In this document: piece after piece, positions 53,308 through 63,401 of the stretch
Layout: each line of letters opens with the position of its first letter
Position numbering within the stretch: the first letter of the stretch is position 1
Assembly (NCBI GenBank): GCA_039586795.1
Contig: JBDHJS010000027.1
Location: forward strand, 1 to 64,000
Direction of reading: 5' to 3'
Length of the DNA: 64,000 nt
Origin: Gemmatimonadota bacterium
Lineage (GTDB): Bacteria > Gemmatimonadota > Gemmatimonadetes > Palauibacterales > KS3-K002
Notes under the pieces: generated by a model
What the model was told of the DNA's origin: nothing
The model's input: the letters and a program-made list of their open reading frames with translations, nothing else
Database searches by the model: none
Translations under genes and position numbers: made by a program

Positions 53308-55722
53308 ATGAACGACCGCACTCCGGGCTACCGGAAGTTCTTTGCCGAGGTCAAACGGCGCGGCGTGTTCAAGATGGCCGCCGTCTATGGGGCCGTCGCT
53401 TTCGCCGTGTTACAGGGCGCCGATATCGTCTTTCCCAGTCTCGGATTGCCTGACAAATCACTGACCGTCGTCGTGGTGGTCGCCCTGCTTGGGTTCCCCA
53501 TCGCTATCGCTCTGGCCTGGGCGTACGAGGTGACGGGGCAGGGAGTACGCCTGGAGGATCCGGCCTCCAGTAGCGAACTGGAGGCGATGGCGGCCGAGCC
53601 GAGAAGCAGGCGTTGGCTCGCGGGCCTTGTCGCGCTGGTCGCCGTCGTTCTCATGGTGGGCACCGGCTGGCTGATCCTGACCCGAGGACAGTCGACTGCG
53701 GGAGACGGAAGCGATGACGCTTCGTCGACGGTAGCGCGTGTCGTCGTTCTTCCGTTCACCGTCCGAGGCACCGAACACGAATACCTGAGTGAGGGGATGG
53801 TCGACATCCTGAGTCGAAAGCTGGATGTCGCGGGTGAGTTGCGGGGTGTCGATCCGCGAGCCGTGCTTGCCCTGGCGCAAGACGAGGGCGAGCCCCCGGG
53901 CCCGGTGCGCGGACGAGAGATCGCCCGTCGCCTGCAGGCGGACTTTTTCGTTCTTGGCGCAATACTCGAACTGGACGGCCGGCTGCAAATCGATGCGTCC
54001 CTGTACGATGCGGAGAGGGACGTCGAAGCGATCACCCAGGCCACAGCGGGCGGCGATCCCGGTGACGTGATGGGAATCGTGGATGACCTCGCCGCTCAGC
54101 TTCTTCTCAGCAGCGGCGGAAGGGGTGGCCCCGTCGCCCACATCGCAGCCGTGACCACCGACTCGTTGGCGGCACTGAAGGAGTACCTGCAGGGTGAACG
54201 GGCGCTGCGGGCAGGCGAATATCTCACGGCAGCGGAGGCTTTCCAGCGTGCGGTGAGCGTGGACTCGGCGTTCGCTCTTGCCTGGTATCGTCTCAGCGTC
54301 GCGTACGAATGGCTCACGCGAGACCACCTGGTACGCGAGTCGGCAGCACAGGCGTTCCGTCACGCCGGCCGCCTGTCGGAGCATGATCGATTGTTACTCC
54401 AGGCCGCAGTCGCCGCGCGCGGAGGCGATCACGTACTGGCGGAGCAGCTCTATCGATCGATCGTTGGCTCCTACCCCGACGATACAGAGGCGTGGTTCCA
54501 GCTCGGCGAAGTGCTCTTCCACTACGCGTTCATGACGGGTCGCCGGATCGCGGTGTCGCGAGAGGCCTTCGAGCGTGTGCTCAACTACGAGCCCGACCAC
54601 ATGAATACGTTGATTCATGTCGCCAGGATCGTCGCGACGGATCACGATCCGACAGAGCTCAACGAGATCACCGATCAATTCCTCGAGCTCAACCCGGAGG
54701 CTGATCGCGCGATCGAAATGCGAGCACTTCGCGCGTTTGCTACCGATGACTCGGCCGAAATCGCGCGTGTATTAACTGACCTCCGGCGCGTGTCTGACCC
54801 GGCGCTTCTCACTACGGTTGCCTACGTCCCGGTTATGGCTGCCGATGTCGAGGCCGGTTTGACTATGTCATCGACACTAACCGGGGAATCGCGTATCGCC
54901 GAGATGCGGGCACTCGGCCACGTCTACCGCGCCTACCTCCTCATGGCGAAGGGGCAATTCAGCGCCGCAGTCGATCAATTCGAGGCTGCGCGAACATTCG
55001 GGTCGACACGCGCAACGGAATTCGGCGCCATCATCCCTCTCTTGCCATTCTTTCCGGCGAGCGATGACGATATCGTGGCGATGCGCAATGTGATACGGGC
55101 TTTCGATCCGGATACGGTTGCGCCGATCACGCATCCCAGCGGTTTCCTCCGAGGCCATAACGAAGTGCACCGACATCTCAAGCCGTTCCTCCTCGGGCTA
55201 TTGAACGCGCGCTTGGGGAATGCATCCGATAGCGAGCGATACGCGGCCGAGCTCGAGACTTCGGAGAAGCCCTTGCGGAGTCCCACCCTTCCGGAAGATC
55301 TGTCACTTGGCATCAGGGCTTACGTTGCCTGGCAGAGTGGCGAATCGGCTGAAGGGCTTTCGCTGCTCGAGAACGCGCCCATGCAGACCTACTACCAGAA
55401 CGCCTTCAGGTCTCCGTATTACTCGTTTGCTATTCTTCGCTACCTACGAGCGATGTTCCTGGAGGATCTAGGGCGCGAGGAAGAAGCGCTAATTTGGTTC
55501 GGCTCATTCGAAGAGATCTCGATCTACGACCTCGTCTTCGTCGCGCCGGCCCTGCTTCGCCGCGCCGAGATCTATGACCGACTCGGCGACCGCGAAGCGG
55601 CCCGCCGACACTATGCCCGCTTCATCGAGCTGTGGGCCGACTGCGATCCAGAGCTGCGTCCTGAGGTCGATCGCGCCGAGCGGCGTTTGGCCGAACTCGC
55701 GGGCGAGCCGGGCCCGGGCTAG
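53308..55722 (+). CDS. TolB-like/TPR membrane protein
   Basis: EVKRRGVFKMAAVY module, VVVLPF, TTDSLAALKEYL, TPRs, LWADCDPELRP C-terminus. Confidence 0.88.
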   Translation: MNDRTPGYRKFFAEVKRRGVFKMAAVYGAVAFAVLQGADIVFPSLGLPDKSLTVVVVVALLGFPIAIALAWAYEVTGQGVRLEDPASSSELEAMAAEPRSRRWLAGLVALVAVVLMVGTGWLILTRGQSTAGDGSDDASSTVARVVVLPFTVRGTEHEYLSEGMVDILSRKLDVAGELRGVDPRAVLALAQDEGEPPGPVRGREIARRLQADFFVLGAILELDGRLQIDASLYDAERDVEAITQATAGGDPGDVMGIVDDLAAQLLLSSGGRGGPVAHIAAVTTDSLAALKEYLQGERALRAGEYLTAAEAFQRAVSVDSAFALAWYRLSVAYEWLTRDHLVRESAAQAFRHAGRLSEHDRLLLQAAVAARGGDHVLAEQLYRSIVGSYPDDTEAWFQLGEVLFHYAFMTGRRIAVSREAFERVLNYEPDHMNTLIHVARIVATDHDPTELNEITDQFLELNPEADRAIEMRALRAFATDDSAEIARVLTDLRRVSDPALLTTVAYVPVMAADVEAGLTMSSTLTGESRIAEMRALGHVYRAYLLMAKGQFSAAVDQFEAARTFGSTRATEFGAIIPLLPFFPASDDDIVAMRNVIRAFDPDTVAPITHPSGFLRGHNEVHRHLKPFLLGLLNARLGNASDSERYAAELETSEKPLRSPTLPEDLSLGIRAYVAWQSGESAEGLSLLENAPMQTYYQNAFRSPYYSFAILRYLRAMFLEDLGREEEALIWFGSFEEISIYDLVFVAPALLRRAEIYDRLGDREAARRHYARFIELWADCDPELRPEVDRAERRLAELAGEPGPG

Positions 55723-55831
55723 CCGCCACGACTGTTCGACGCCGAACGCGCCGTCCCGAATCCGAACGCCGCCCGTCCTCAGTCAAGTACCGTAAAGCCA
55801 TATCAGTAAATCAGTTACGCCAGTCGTTGCT

Positions 55832-55847
55832 TGGCACACTCTCTGCA
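55832..55847 (+). promoter_or_regulatory. Candidate sigma54 -24/-12 promoter
   Basis: TGGCAC-actct-CTGCA with GG-N10-GC spacing, about 46 nt upstream of the ADOP ATG. Confidence 0.5.
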
Positions 55848-55893
55848 CAGGGCATCTCAACTGGGGTGAAACCGCTGAACGTGAGTGTTCGCA

Positions 55894-58308
55894 ATGTTCG
55901 ACAGGCTAAGACAGGACATACTCTACGCCTTCCGCCAGCTCCGGGTCCGGCCCGGTCTATCCATCGCTGCCGTATTGACCCTGGCGCTGGGAATCGGTGC
56001 CAACGGGGCGATCTTCAGCGTGGTAAACGGAGTGCTGCTCAGGCCGCTACCCTACGGGGACCCGGATGAGCTCACTGCTGTGTGGCATCAAGAGGGTCCG
56101 GGTGGCGATCTCGTATCCGTGTCCTACGAGAACTTCCAGGACTGGCGAGCGGAGACCGAGACATTCGCGGATATGGCGGCGTTCAGCCGTTCGACCGTGA
56201 CGTTGCTCACCGATGATGTGGCGGAACGCTTGCCCGGGGCGATGATCACGCCGAACACGTTCCGGCTCCTGAGAATTCCACCGGCTCTGGGCCGAGACTT
56301 TGTCGCGGATGACGCGATCGACGGTGCGACCCCGGTCGTGATGTTGAGTCACGGCCTGTTCATGGGCGCGTTTGGTGGCGACGCTGGGATGATTGGTAGC
56401 ACGCTGCGGTTGAGTGGCGTCGAGCATCAGGTGATCGGCGTGATGCCCGCAGGTTTCCGTACGCCTTTCTTCGAAGAGGCGGAGCTATGGCGACCGATGG
56501 GTGACGATGCGGCGTGTGGCAGGGGTTGCTGGTTCGCCCGCGTGGTTGGTCGGCTCGAGCCCGGCACTTCTCTCGAGGAGGCGCAGGCCGAGCTCGATGT
56601 AGTGGGAGAGCGCCTGCAAACAGAATACCCGGATGCTAACGCCGATGTGCGAGTAGCCGCCGTCGGGCTGCGCGATGAAATAGTAGGCGATGTGCGGCCC
56701 GCTTTGCTCGTCATCCTGGTGGGCGTCGGCCTTGTTCTGCTGATCGCGTGCGTCAATGTTGCGAACCTTTTGTTGGCCCGAGCCATCGCCAGAGAACGCG
56801 AAGTTGCGGTGCGTGCCGCCTTAGGCGCTTCACGGGGCCGCATCACCAAGCAGTTGTTGACCGAGAGCGTCGTGCTGGCGCTGGTCGGTGGATTGGCCGG
56901 CGTGTACGTAGCCTATATGGCGGTTGACGCGCTGATCGTGCTGGCACCTCAAGATCTGCCACGTCTCGATGTAGTCCGTGTGGATGGGCTGGTGCTCGCC
57001 GCGATGACGGTGCTGACGACGGGTACCGGTGTACTCTTTGGCCTCGTCCCCGCTTTTCACGCAAGCCGTGCCGACGCCGGCGGCGCGTTGGGGAGCGATC
57101 GTTCGGTCGCTGGCCGTCAGAGCAGAGGCCGGCTCCGCGATGCTCTGGTTGTGTCGCAGATGGCTCTGGCGGTTACGCTGCTGGTTGGCGCCGGGCTTTT
57201 GCTCAAGAGCTTCGTCACGCTCGTGCGCGTGGACCCGGGTTTCGATCCCCGCGGTCTGCTGACCGCTGAGACCCGGTTCTCCGGCGAGCGCTACTCGGGC
57301 CCCGCGCGCCTGGATTTCTACGAAGAGCTGTTCACGCGAATGGAAGCGCGACCCGATGTCGACGCAGCAGCCGGCGTCTGGCTGCTGCCGTTCACGACGG
57401 GAGCGGTCATCTCCAGCATTGAAGTCGAAGGGCGACCCGACGTTGCGCCGACGGAAGAGCCCGAGGCTTCAATGCGGCCGGTAACCGACGGTTACTTCGA
57501 ACTGATGCGTATCCCGCTCGTCGCTGGTCGACGATTGCAGCGATCGGATGACACGAACACGCAACGCGTCGTGGTGATCAGCGAATCGATGGCTCGGGAC
57601 ATATGGGCCGACGAAGATCCGATCGGCCGTCAAATCCGCTTCGGCATGCAGTTCGAGGACTCCGAGCCATGGCGCGAGGTCGTCGGCGTTGTCGGCGATG
57701 TGAAACTGCGTGGCCTGGATGACGAAGACCGCGCCATTGCGTACGTACCTTATCGCCAATTCACTATCGGGTCACTCGCCGTGGCGCTGCGAACCGCAGG
57801 CGACCCGGCAGAGCTGGCCGCTCCGTTTCGAGCCACGGTTCGTTCCATCGATCCGCAGGTCGCGGTCTACGATGTGTCCACCATGGACCGCCTCGTCGCC
57901 GCTTCGCTGGCCGAGCGCCGGTTCTTCATGTTACTGCTCGGACTGTTCGCGGCACTCGCGGCAATCCTGGCCAGCGTGGGGATATATGCGGTGACCAGCT
58001 ATGTGGTTGGTAGCCGCACCCGGGAGATGGGAATTCGTATCGCCGTCGGCGCCCAGGCCGGCGAGGTACAACGCGGTGTGCTGACCCGAGCCGGTAGTGT
58101 CGCTGCCCTCGGCCTGGCTATTGGTTTGGCCGCCGCTTTCGGCCTGACGCGCCTCATGCGCAGTCTGCTGTTCGAGACATCGCATGTCGACCCGCTCGTA
58201 TTCTCAGGCATGGCAGCGCTGCTCGCCGGCGTCGCCCTGTTGGCTGCCTGGTTGCCGGCGCGTCGGGCCTCTCGCGTCGATCCGATGATCGCGCTGCGAC
58301 AGGAATGA
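55894..58308 (+). CDS. ADOP-type duplicated ABC permease
   Basis: QDILYAFRQLRVRPG, LALGIGANGAIFS, ACVNVANLLL and RASRVDPMIALR motifs. Confidence 0.93.
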   Translation: MFDRLRQDILYAFRQLRVRPGLSIAAVLTLALGIGANGAIFSVVNGVLLRPLPYGDPDELTAVWHQEGPGGDLVSVSYENFQDWRAETETFADMAAFSRSTVTLLTDDVAERLPGAMITPNTFRLLRIPPALGRDFVADDAIDGATPVVMLSHGLFMGAFGGDAGMIGSTLRLSGVEHQVIGVMPAGFRTPFFEEAELWRPMGDDAACGRGCWFARVVGRLEPGTSLEEAQAELDVVGERLQTEYPDANADVRVAAVGLRDEIVGDVRPALLVILVGVGLVLLIACVNVANLLLARAIAREREVAVRAALGASRGRITKQLLTESVVLALVGGLAGVYVAYMAVDALIVLAPQDLPRLDVVRVDGLVLAAMTVLTTGTGVLFGLVPAFHASRADAGGALGSDRSVAGRQSRGRLRDALVVSQMALAVTLLVGAGLLLKSFVTLVRVDPGFDPRGLLTAETRFSGERYSGPARLDFYEELFTRMEARPDVDAAAGVWLLPFTTGAVISSIEVEGRPDVAPTEEPEASMRPVTDGYFELMRIPLVAGRRLQRSDDTNTQRVVVISESMARDIWADEDPIGRQIRFGMQFEDSEPWREVVGVVGDVKLRGLDDEDRAIAYVPYRQFTIGSLAVALRTAGDPAELAAPFRATVRSIDPQVAVYDVSTMDRLVAASLAERRFFMLLLGLFAALAAILASVGIYAVTSYVVGSRTREMGIRIAVGAQAGEVQRGVLTRAGSVAALGLAIGLAAAFGLTRLMRSLLFETSHVDPLVFSGMAALLAGVALLAAWLPARRASRVDPMIALRQE

Positions 58309-58422
58309 TCGTCAACTGACAACTGCCTTGAGATTCGGCCGTAGTGGGGTTAAAAAAGGTCCCGTACAGAGATAGCCCCGCGCGTTCGCTATCACACAAA
58401 CCTCCGAAGGAGATTCCCGGCC

Positions 58423-60177
58423 ATGTTCGGATTCTGTGCACGGTGCGCATCGGTTGCGTTGGTGCTCGTAGCCGGTCTTGCCATCCCAAGAGCGGAGGCC
58501 CAGGAAACACTCACGCTTGAGCCGTGTGAGCTGCAGGGCGTCCTCGGCGAGACCAGCTGCGGTACCCTACAGGTTTACGAGGACCGGGAGGCGATGAGCG
58601 GCCGCAAGATCGGTATCAATATCGTCGTTCTGCACGCCACCGGGCAGTCGCCGGCGCCCGATCCCTTCGTCTTCATACCGGGCGGACCCGGTGAGTCGGC
58701 CACCGAGTTGGCTGGCTACATCGCGCAAGCTCACGCCGGAATCCGCCAGGGGCGCGACATACTGTTGGTCGACCAGAGAGGCACCGGTGGCTCGCATCCT
58801 CTGAACTGTGAGTTCTACGGATCGCCGGACGACCCACAGAGCTATCTGGGTCGTTTCTTTCCCATCGAGGACGTGGAGACGTGTCGCTCACAGCTCGAGT
58901 CGAGCGCCAACCTCGGGCTCTATACGACACCGCTCGCCATGGATGACCTGGATGACGTCCGCCAGGCGCTGGGCTACGAACAGCTCAACCTGTTTGGCGG
59001 GTCGTACGGTACGCGCGCTGTGCAGGTGTACCTGCGCCGACACGGGGCTCACACACGCACCGCCATCCTCCATGGCGTGACCACGACCGGCGCGTTCATA
59101 CCGCGTGACCTGGCGCCGGATGCGCAGCGCGCGCTCGAGGGGGTGATCGACGATTGCCTGGCGGATGAGAGCTGCGCGGGCGCCTTCCCCGACATACGCG
59201 GGGAAGTCGAGTCGGTGTTCAGTCGACTGGAGGCCGGACCTGTTCCCGTCGAGGTTCTCAACCCGCTGACCGGCGACATCGTCGAGATCCAGCTTTCTCG
59301 CGACAACGTTGCAGAAGCGGTTCGTTATCTGCTTTACGGATCGGGCAGCGCTGGCAACATCCCGGTTTACATCCACCATGCCGCACAGGGCGACTTCACG
59401 CCGCTGGGCGAGTACGCGCTGTTCGAGCGGCGCTTTATCGTGGCCAGTGGCAGCAACGGCATGTACCTGTCGGTTACCTGCGCGGAAGACGTCCCGTTCA
59501 TCGAGCCCGGCGAGGGGGAGCGCCTGGCTAAGGGCACATTCCTGGGCGACTACCGGGTTCGCGACCAGCGTGACGCTTGTGCTGTCTGGCGGCGTGGAGA
59601 CATACCCGAAGACTACGCCGAGCCGATTCGCTCCAGCGTCCCGATTCTCATCCTTTCGGGGCAGTGGGACCCGGTCACGCCGCCGCAATACGGCGACTAC
59701 GTATCGAAGTATCTGGAAAACTCACTACACGTCGTCGTGCCCTACGGCGGACACGGCTTCAACGGGTTGGAGGGGGTCGATTGCATTGACGGTCTCATGG
59801 AACAAACGGTGGAACAGGGAAGTGTGGAGGGACTCGACACTAGCTGCGTGCAGGAAGTTCGTCGACCGCCGTTTCCCGTCTCGCTGCCGCCCATGAAACC
59901 GATCGCGATGAGCGATCAGGAACTGCAGCCCTATGCCGGCCGCTATGCTGCAGAAGGGCCGTTCGCGATCATCGCGGAGGTTGCGGGTGGTAAGTTGAAG
60001 ATCGACGCTGGACCCCAGGGTGTCTTTTTCGCGGTCCCGGTGACCAGCGATCGATTCCGAGTGGCAGGTGTGTCGGACGTCTACATCCTGTTTACTCTCG
60101 AGGAAGACGCGGTGACGCAGTTGGCGGTGGAGCAGAGTGGCAACGTGATCGCGCTGCTGGACCGACAGGACGAGTAG
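58423..60177 (+). CDS. Secreted alpha/beta hydrolase (TAP-like peptidase, S33)
   Basis: PGGPG, DQRGTG, GGSYG nucleophile, DPVTP and GGHG motifs. Confidence 0.88.
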   Translation: MFGFCARCASVALVLVAGLAIPRAEAQETLTLEPCELQGVLGETSCGTLQVYEDREAMSGRKIGINIVVLHATGQSPAPDPFVFIPGGPGESATELAGYIAQAHAGIRQGRDILLVDQRGTGGSHPLNCEFYGSPDDPQSYLGRFFPIEDVETCRSQLESSANLGLYTTPLAMDDLDDVRQALGYEQLNLFGGSYGTRAVQVYLRRHGAHTRTAILHGVTTTGAFIPRDLAPDAQRALEGVIDDCLADESCAGAFPDIRGEVESVFSRLEAGPVPVEVLNPLTGDIVEIQLSRDNVAEAVRYLLYGSGSAGNIPVYIHHAAQGDFTPLGEYALFERRFIVASGSNGMYLSVTCAEDVPFIEPGEGERLAKGTFLGDYRVRDQRDACAVWRRGDIPEDYAEPIRSSVPILILSGQWDPVTPPQYGDYVSKYLENSLHVVVPYGGHGFNGLEGVDCIDGLMEQTVEQGSVEGLDTSCVQEVRRPPFPVSLPPMKPIAMSDQELQPYAGRYAAEGPFAIIAEVAGGKLKIDAGPQGVFFAVPVTSDRFRVAGVSDVYILFTLEEDAVTQLAVEQSGNVIALLDRQDE

Positions 60178-60183
60178 ACGACG

Positions 60184-61008
60184 TCAGGGAGCGTCGGTCT
60201 CCAGCGCCTCTCTTATCTTCTCCTGGTCAAGGGCTGAACGGCTCATGTTCAGCCTGCTGTGCTCGCCGTCGACCACCATCTGGAACTTGCCTTCGCACAG
60301 GAGCTTAATGCGATTCATCACGTTCGCGGTGACCCGGTTGTGGATGGTTTCCCAGATCGGATTCACAACGCGACGGTGCGGCCAGTTCTTCTTCCCATAG
60401 AAATCGAAGCTGGTCAACGAGAATAGCTGGGTCTGGCCAACCTCTCCACGGTCGGAGATTGGCGATCGAGCGTAAAGACAGTAGAAACCGATGGGATAGC
60501 CACCGCTACAGCGGTAGAGCAAGTAGCGGGCATTGTCGGGCTCCGTCGGGGCGGGTACCGGCTTGAAATTCCATTTTGTCAGTTCGAAAAGCGGTATGAA
60601 CTTCATTCCCATGAAGCCGTCTTCGATGCCGAAGATCGACTTTCTGCGGCCCAGAAGGTAGATCTGGATATGCTCCAACCGGCCGTCCACTCTGTACGCC
60701 GTGGCAATGTGATTCGGCCAGTACGATACCGCCCCGTCCCACTTCAGCAGCTCCTCGAAGACGAAGCGGACCGGCGCATCGATGCCGATGCGATGAATGT
60801 TCAGCACCGAGTAGTCCGTGACGCTTATCCCGATACGCTGGAAGATGCTGTGCGAGTAGCGATCCCGCTCAACCTCGTCCGCGTACTCTATCAGCGTGGG
60901 TATAGCGGGCTTATGCAGTATGAAGGCACGGATATCCCCCAGAAGCCCACCGGGCTTGGCAGGGAGACCCTTCTCGTTTGCCGGCTGTTCTTCGATTCTT
61001 GGCGGCAT
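60184..61008 (-). CDS. Hypothetical protein, 274 aa
   Basis: Long ORF with coding-like composition filling the gap; no family recognised. Confidence 0.7.
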   Translation of the reverse strand: MPPRIEEQPANEKGLPAKPGGLLGDIRAFILHKPAIPTLIEYADEVERDRYSHSIFQRIGISVTDYSVLNIHRIGIDAPVRFVFEELLKWDGAVSYWPNHIATAYRVDGRLEHIQIYLLGRRKSIFGIEDGFMGMKFIPLFELTKWNFKPVPAPTEPDNARYLLYRCSGGYPIGFYCLYARSPISDRGEVGQTQLFSLTSFDFYGKKNWPHRRVVNPIWETIHNRVTANVMNRIKLLCEGKFQMVVDGEHSRLNMSRSALDQEKIREALETDAP

Positions 61009-61146
61009 CCACTACCCTCCGATTCTCTGGCCACTTAAAGTAATCGATTGGAGGCGCGCGCGCCCCGGGGTCGCGTTGCGACCCGTCCAGTTGCCTGACA
61101 TCTTGTAGCAGCCCGCTCCCAGGACCCTCAACTGGGGTATTTCGCC

Positions 61147-63225
61147 ATGTCCTCAGTGAAGCGCCTCATCGCCGAGATCCATCGACGATCCATCTGGCAG
61201 GTGCTCCTCGTCTACGTCGGTGCCGCCTGGGCTTGCTTCGAGCTCATCGATGCGGTAGCCGAGCGGTTGGCGCTTCCGGCCTGGCTGCCCGGCCTTGCGA
61301 TCATTCTGTTCCTGCTGGGCCTGCCTTTCGTCATCGCCACGGCGTTCGTGCGCGAGGGCGCGGGCTCCCCGCTCTCAACTGGCGAGTTCGAGGCGCTGCC
61401 CGCTGAAGCGAAGGCCGACGAGTTGCAGAGGGTTGCCGCGGTACGTCGTCGTCGTCGGATCCTGACGTGGCGTAATGCTGCTGCGACAGTGGTCGTGGTA
61501 CTCGCTGCTTGGGGCGTGCTTGCTGCCGGTTGGCTGGTGTTTGCCCCGCAGCGTTTCGACGTGGCGGATAGCACAATCGATACACGCCCGTCGGTAGCGG
61601 CGCTTCCTTTCCTCAACCTGAGCGGCCTCGAGGAGGACGCGTACTTCACGAACAGTATCCACGGGGAGATCCTCACACGTCTTCAGAAGATCGGTGGCCT
61701 GAAAGTCCTCTCGCGCACGTCGGTGATGGGGTATCAGGATAGCCTGAAGAACATTCGGGAGATCGGCGAGGAGCTGAATGCCAGGTACATCCTGGAGGGA
61801 GAGATCCTGCGCGCCGCTCAAGAGGTGCGGGTCAACGTCCAGCTCATCGACGCGCAGACGGATGAGCACGTTTGGGCGGAGATCTACGATCGCCAACTTT
61901 CGGTCGACAACCTGTTGCGCGTACAGAGCGATATCGCGCAGAAAATCGCGCTGGCGCTGAGCACCGAGTTGACGCCGGAGGAGCTGGAACGGATCGAGGC
62001 CAGACCGACCGAGAACCTGGACGCCTATCAGGCCTACCTCCGCGGTCGGTATTACCAGGATCAGCCGCACTTCACGGCCGATGACGCGAACCGGGCGCTG
62101 CGGGAGTTCGAGCGCGCTGCAGAACTCGACCCCAACTTCGCGCTGGCTCAGGCGGAACTCGCCAATGCTCACGCCCGGCAAGTTTTCTTCTGGGTGGATG
62201 CCTCGGAAGCGCGACGCCAGCTGGCGACCGAGTGGGGCAACAAAGCGTTCGGCGGAGATCATGCCTCTCCCGAGGTTAGCCTGGCTGCTGGCCTTTACCA
62301 TCTGCTGTTGTACAGAGATACCGAGCGAGCGATGGAAGAGATCGCCATCGCCGAGCGGGGATTGCCCGATAGCAAGGAGATCTTTGAGGCGCGGTCATTC
62401 GTGTTTGAAACTCAGGGCAGATTGGAGGACGCGATCGAGCAGAACCTGAAGGCTCTGAAAGTCAGCCCGATGGACGCCTCGATCTACACGGCCCTCTCGT
62501 TTGAGTACTGGTCGGTCCGGCGGTTCGAAGATGCCGAAGCCATGGCCGATCAGGCAATCGGCTTGGCGCCAACGGCAATGTGGCCGAACTTGGGGAAGGT
62601 CTTCGCGATCTGGAGTGACAGAGGAGCCAGCGCCGAGACCGACGAGATCTTGGAACGGCTGTCCTACGAGGCACCCTGGGTCAAATGGTCGCGCTACTGG
62701 CAGCGGATGTTCGAGGACCGCTACGACGATGCGCTCGAGCTGGTGGCGGAACCCTATTTCGAGTGGGTTAGCATGAAGATCGCAGCACGGCCACGTGCGT
62801 TGCTTGCCGCCTGGGCCGCGAGCGCCGCGGGAGAGAAAGAGGAGGCGGATCGGCTTTTCGAGGAGGCGCGACAGGTGTTGGAACGTGCGATACTAGAACA
62901 TCCGAACGATCCTCGGTACCACGGTTCTCTCGGCATCGCGTATGCGGCGCTCGGTCGGAACGAGGCTGCGCTTCGCGAGGGCGAGACCGCGGTGGCGCTC
63001 CTGCCGGTGTCCAGTGACGCGGTCTACGGCATCCCCTACCTGGCCGACCTGGCCCTCATATACGTGTTGATCGGCGATGAAGACGCGGCGCTCAGAGAAT
63101 TAGACAATCTGCTCAACATCCCGTCCTGGATCTCCACGAATTGGCTCAAGATGGACCCCCGATTTGACTCTCTGAACGACAACACGCGCTATCGGGCGCT
63201 GCTGGAGAGACACTCGAGGAGCTGA
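61147..63225 (+). CDS. TolB-like/TPR membrane protein
   Basis: EIHRRSIWQVLLVY module, VAALPFLNLS, VLSRTSVM, RPTENLDAY, TPRs, DPRFDSL C-terminus. Confidence 0.9.
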   Translation: MSSVKRLIAEIHRRSIWQVLLVYVGAAWACFELIDAVAERLALPAWLPGLAIILFLLGLPFVIATAFVREGAGSPLSTGEFEALPAEAKADELQRVAAVRRRRRILTWRNAAATVVVVLAAWGVLAAGWLVFAPQRFDVADSTIDTRPSVAALPFLNLSGLEEDAYFTNSIHGEILTRLQKIGGLKVLSRTSVMGYQDSLKNIREIGEELNARYILEGEILRAAQEVRVNVQLIDAQTDEHVWAEIYDRQLSVDNLLRVQSDIAQKIALALSTELTPEELERIEARPTENLDAYQAYLRGRYYQDQPHFTADDANRALREFERAAELDPNFALAQAELANAHARQVFFWVDASEARRQLATEWGNKAFGGDHASPEVSLAAGLYHLLLYRDTERAMEEIAIAERGLPDSKEIFEARSFVFETQGRLEDAIEQNLKALKVSPMDASIYTALSFEYWSVRRFEDAEAMADQAIGLAPTAMWPNLGKVFAIWSDRGASAETDEILERLSYEAPWVKWSRYWQRMFEDRYDDALELVAEPYFEWVSMKIAARPRALLAAWAASAAGEKEEADRLFEEARQVLERAILEHPNDPRYHGSLGIAYAALGRNEAALREGETAVALLPVSSDAVYGIPYLADLALIYVLIGDEDAALRELDNLLNIPSWISTNWLKMDPRFDSLNDNTRYRALLERHSRS

Positions 63226-63401
63226 CGTCAGGCAGTGCCGCCGTCCGCTGGTCATTGCCCCGTTCCGGGCGATGCGACATGTTGCTCGTGGCAGACTTAG
63301 CCCTCCGTGCGACCCGCCCCACCATCGATTCGACTCCATCGACATGCCACCCACGTTGTTGCTGACGCTTTAGGTGAGGTGGCCTAACGGAGTGTGGAAC
63401 G

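Noticed and set aside
55775..55784. GTCCTCAGTC as a fourth leader copy
   Set aside because: Only the 3' arm is present; there is no 5' arm, SD or GTG.
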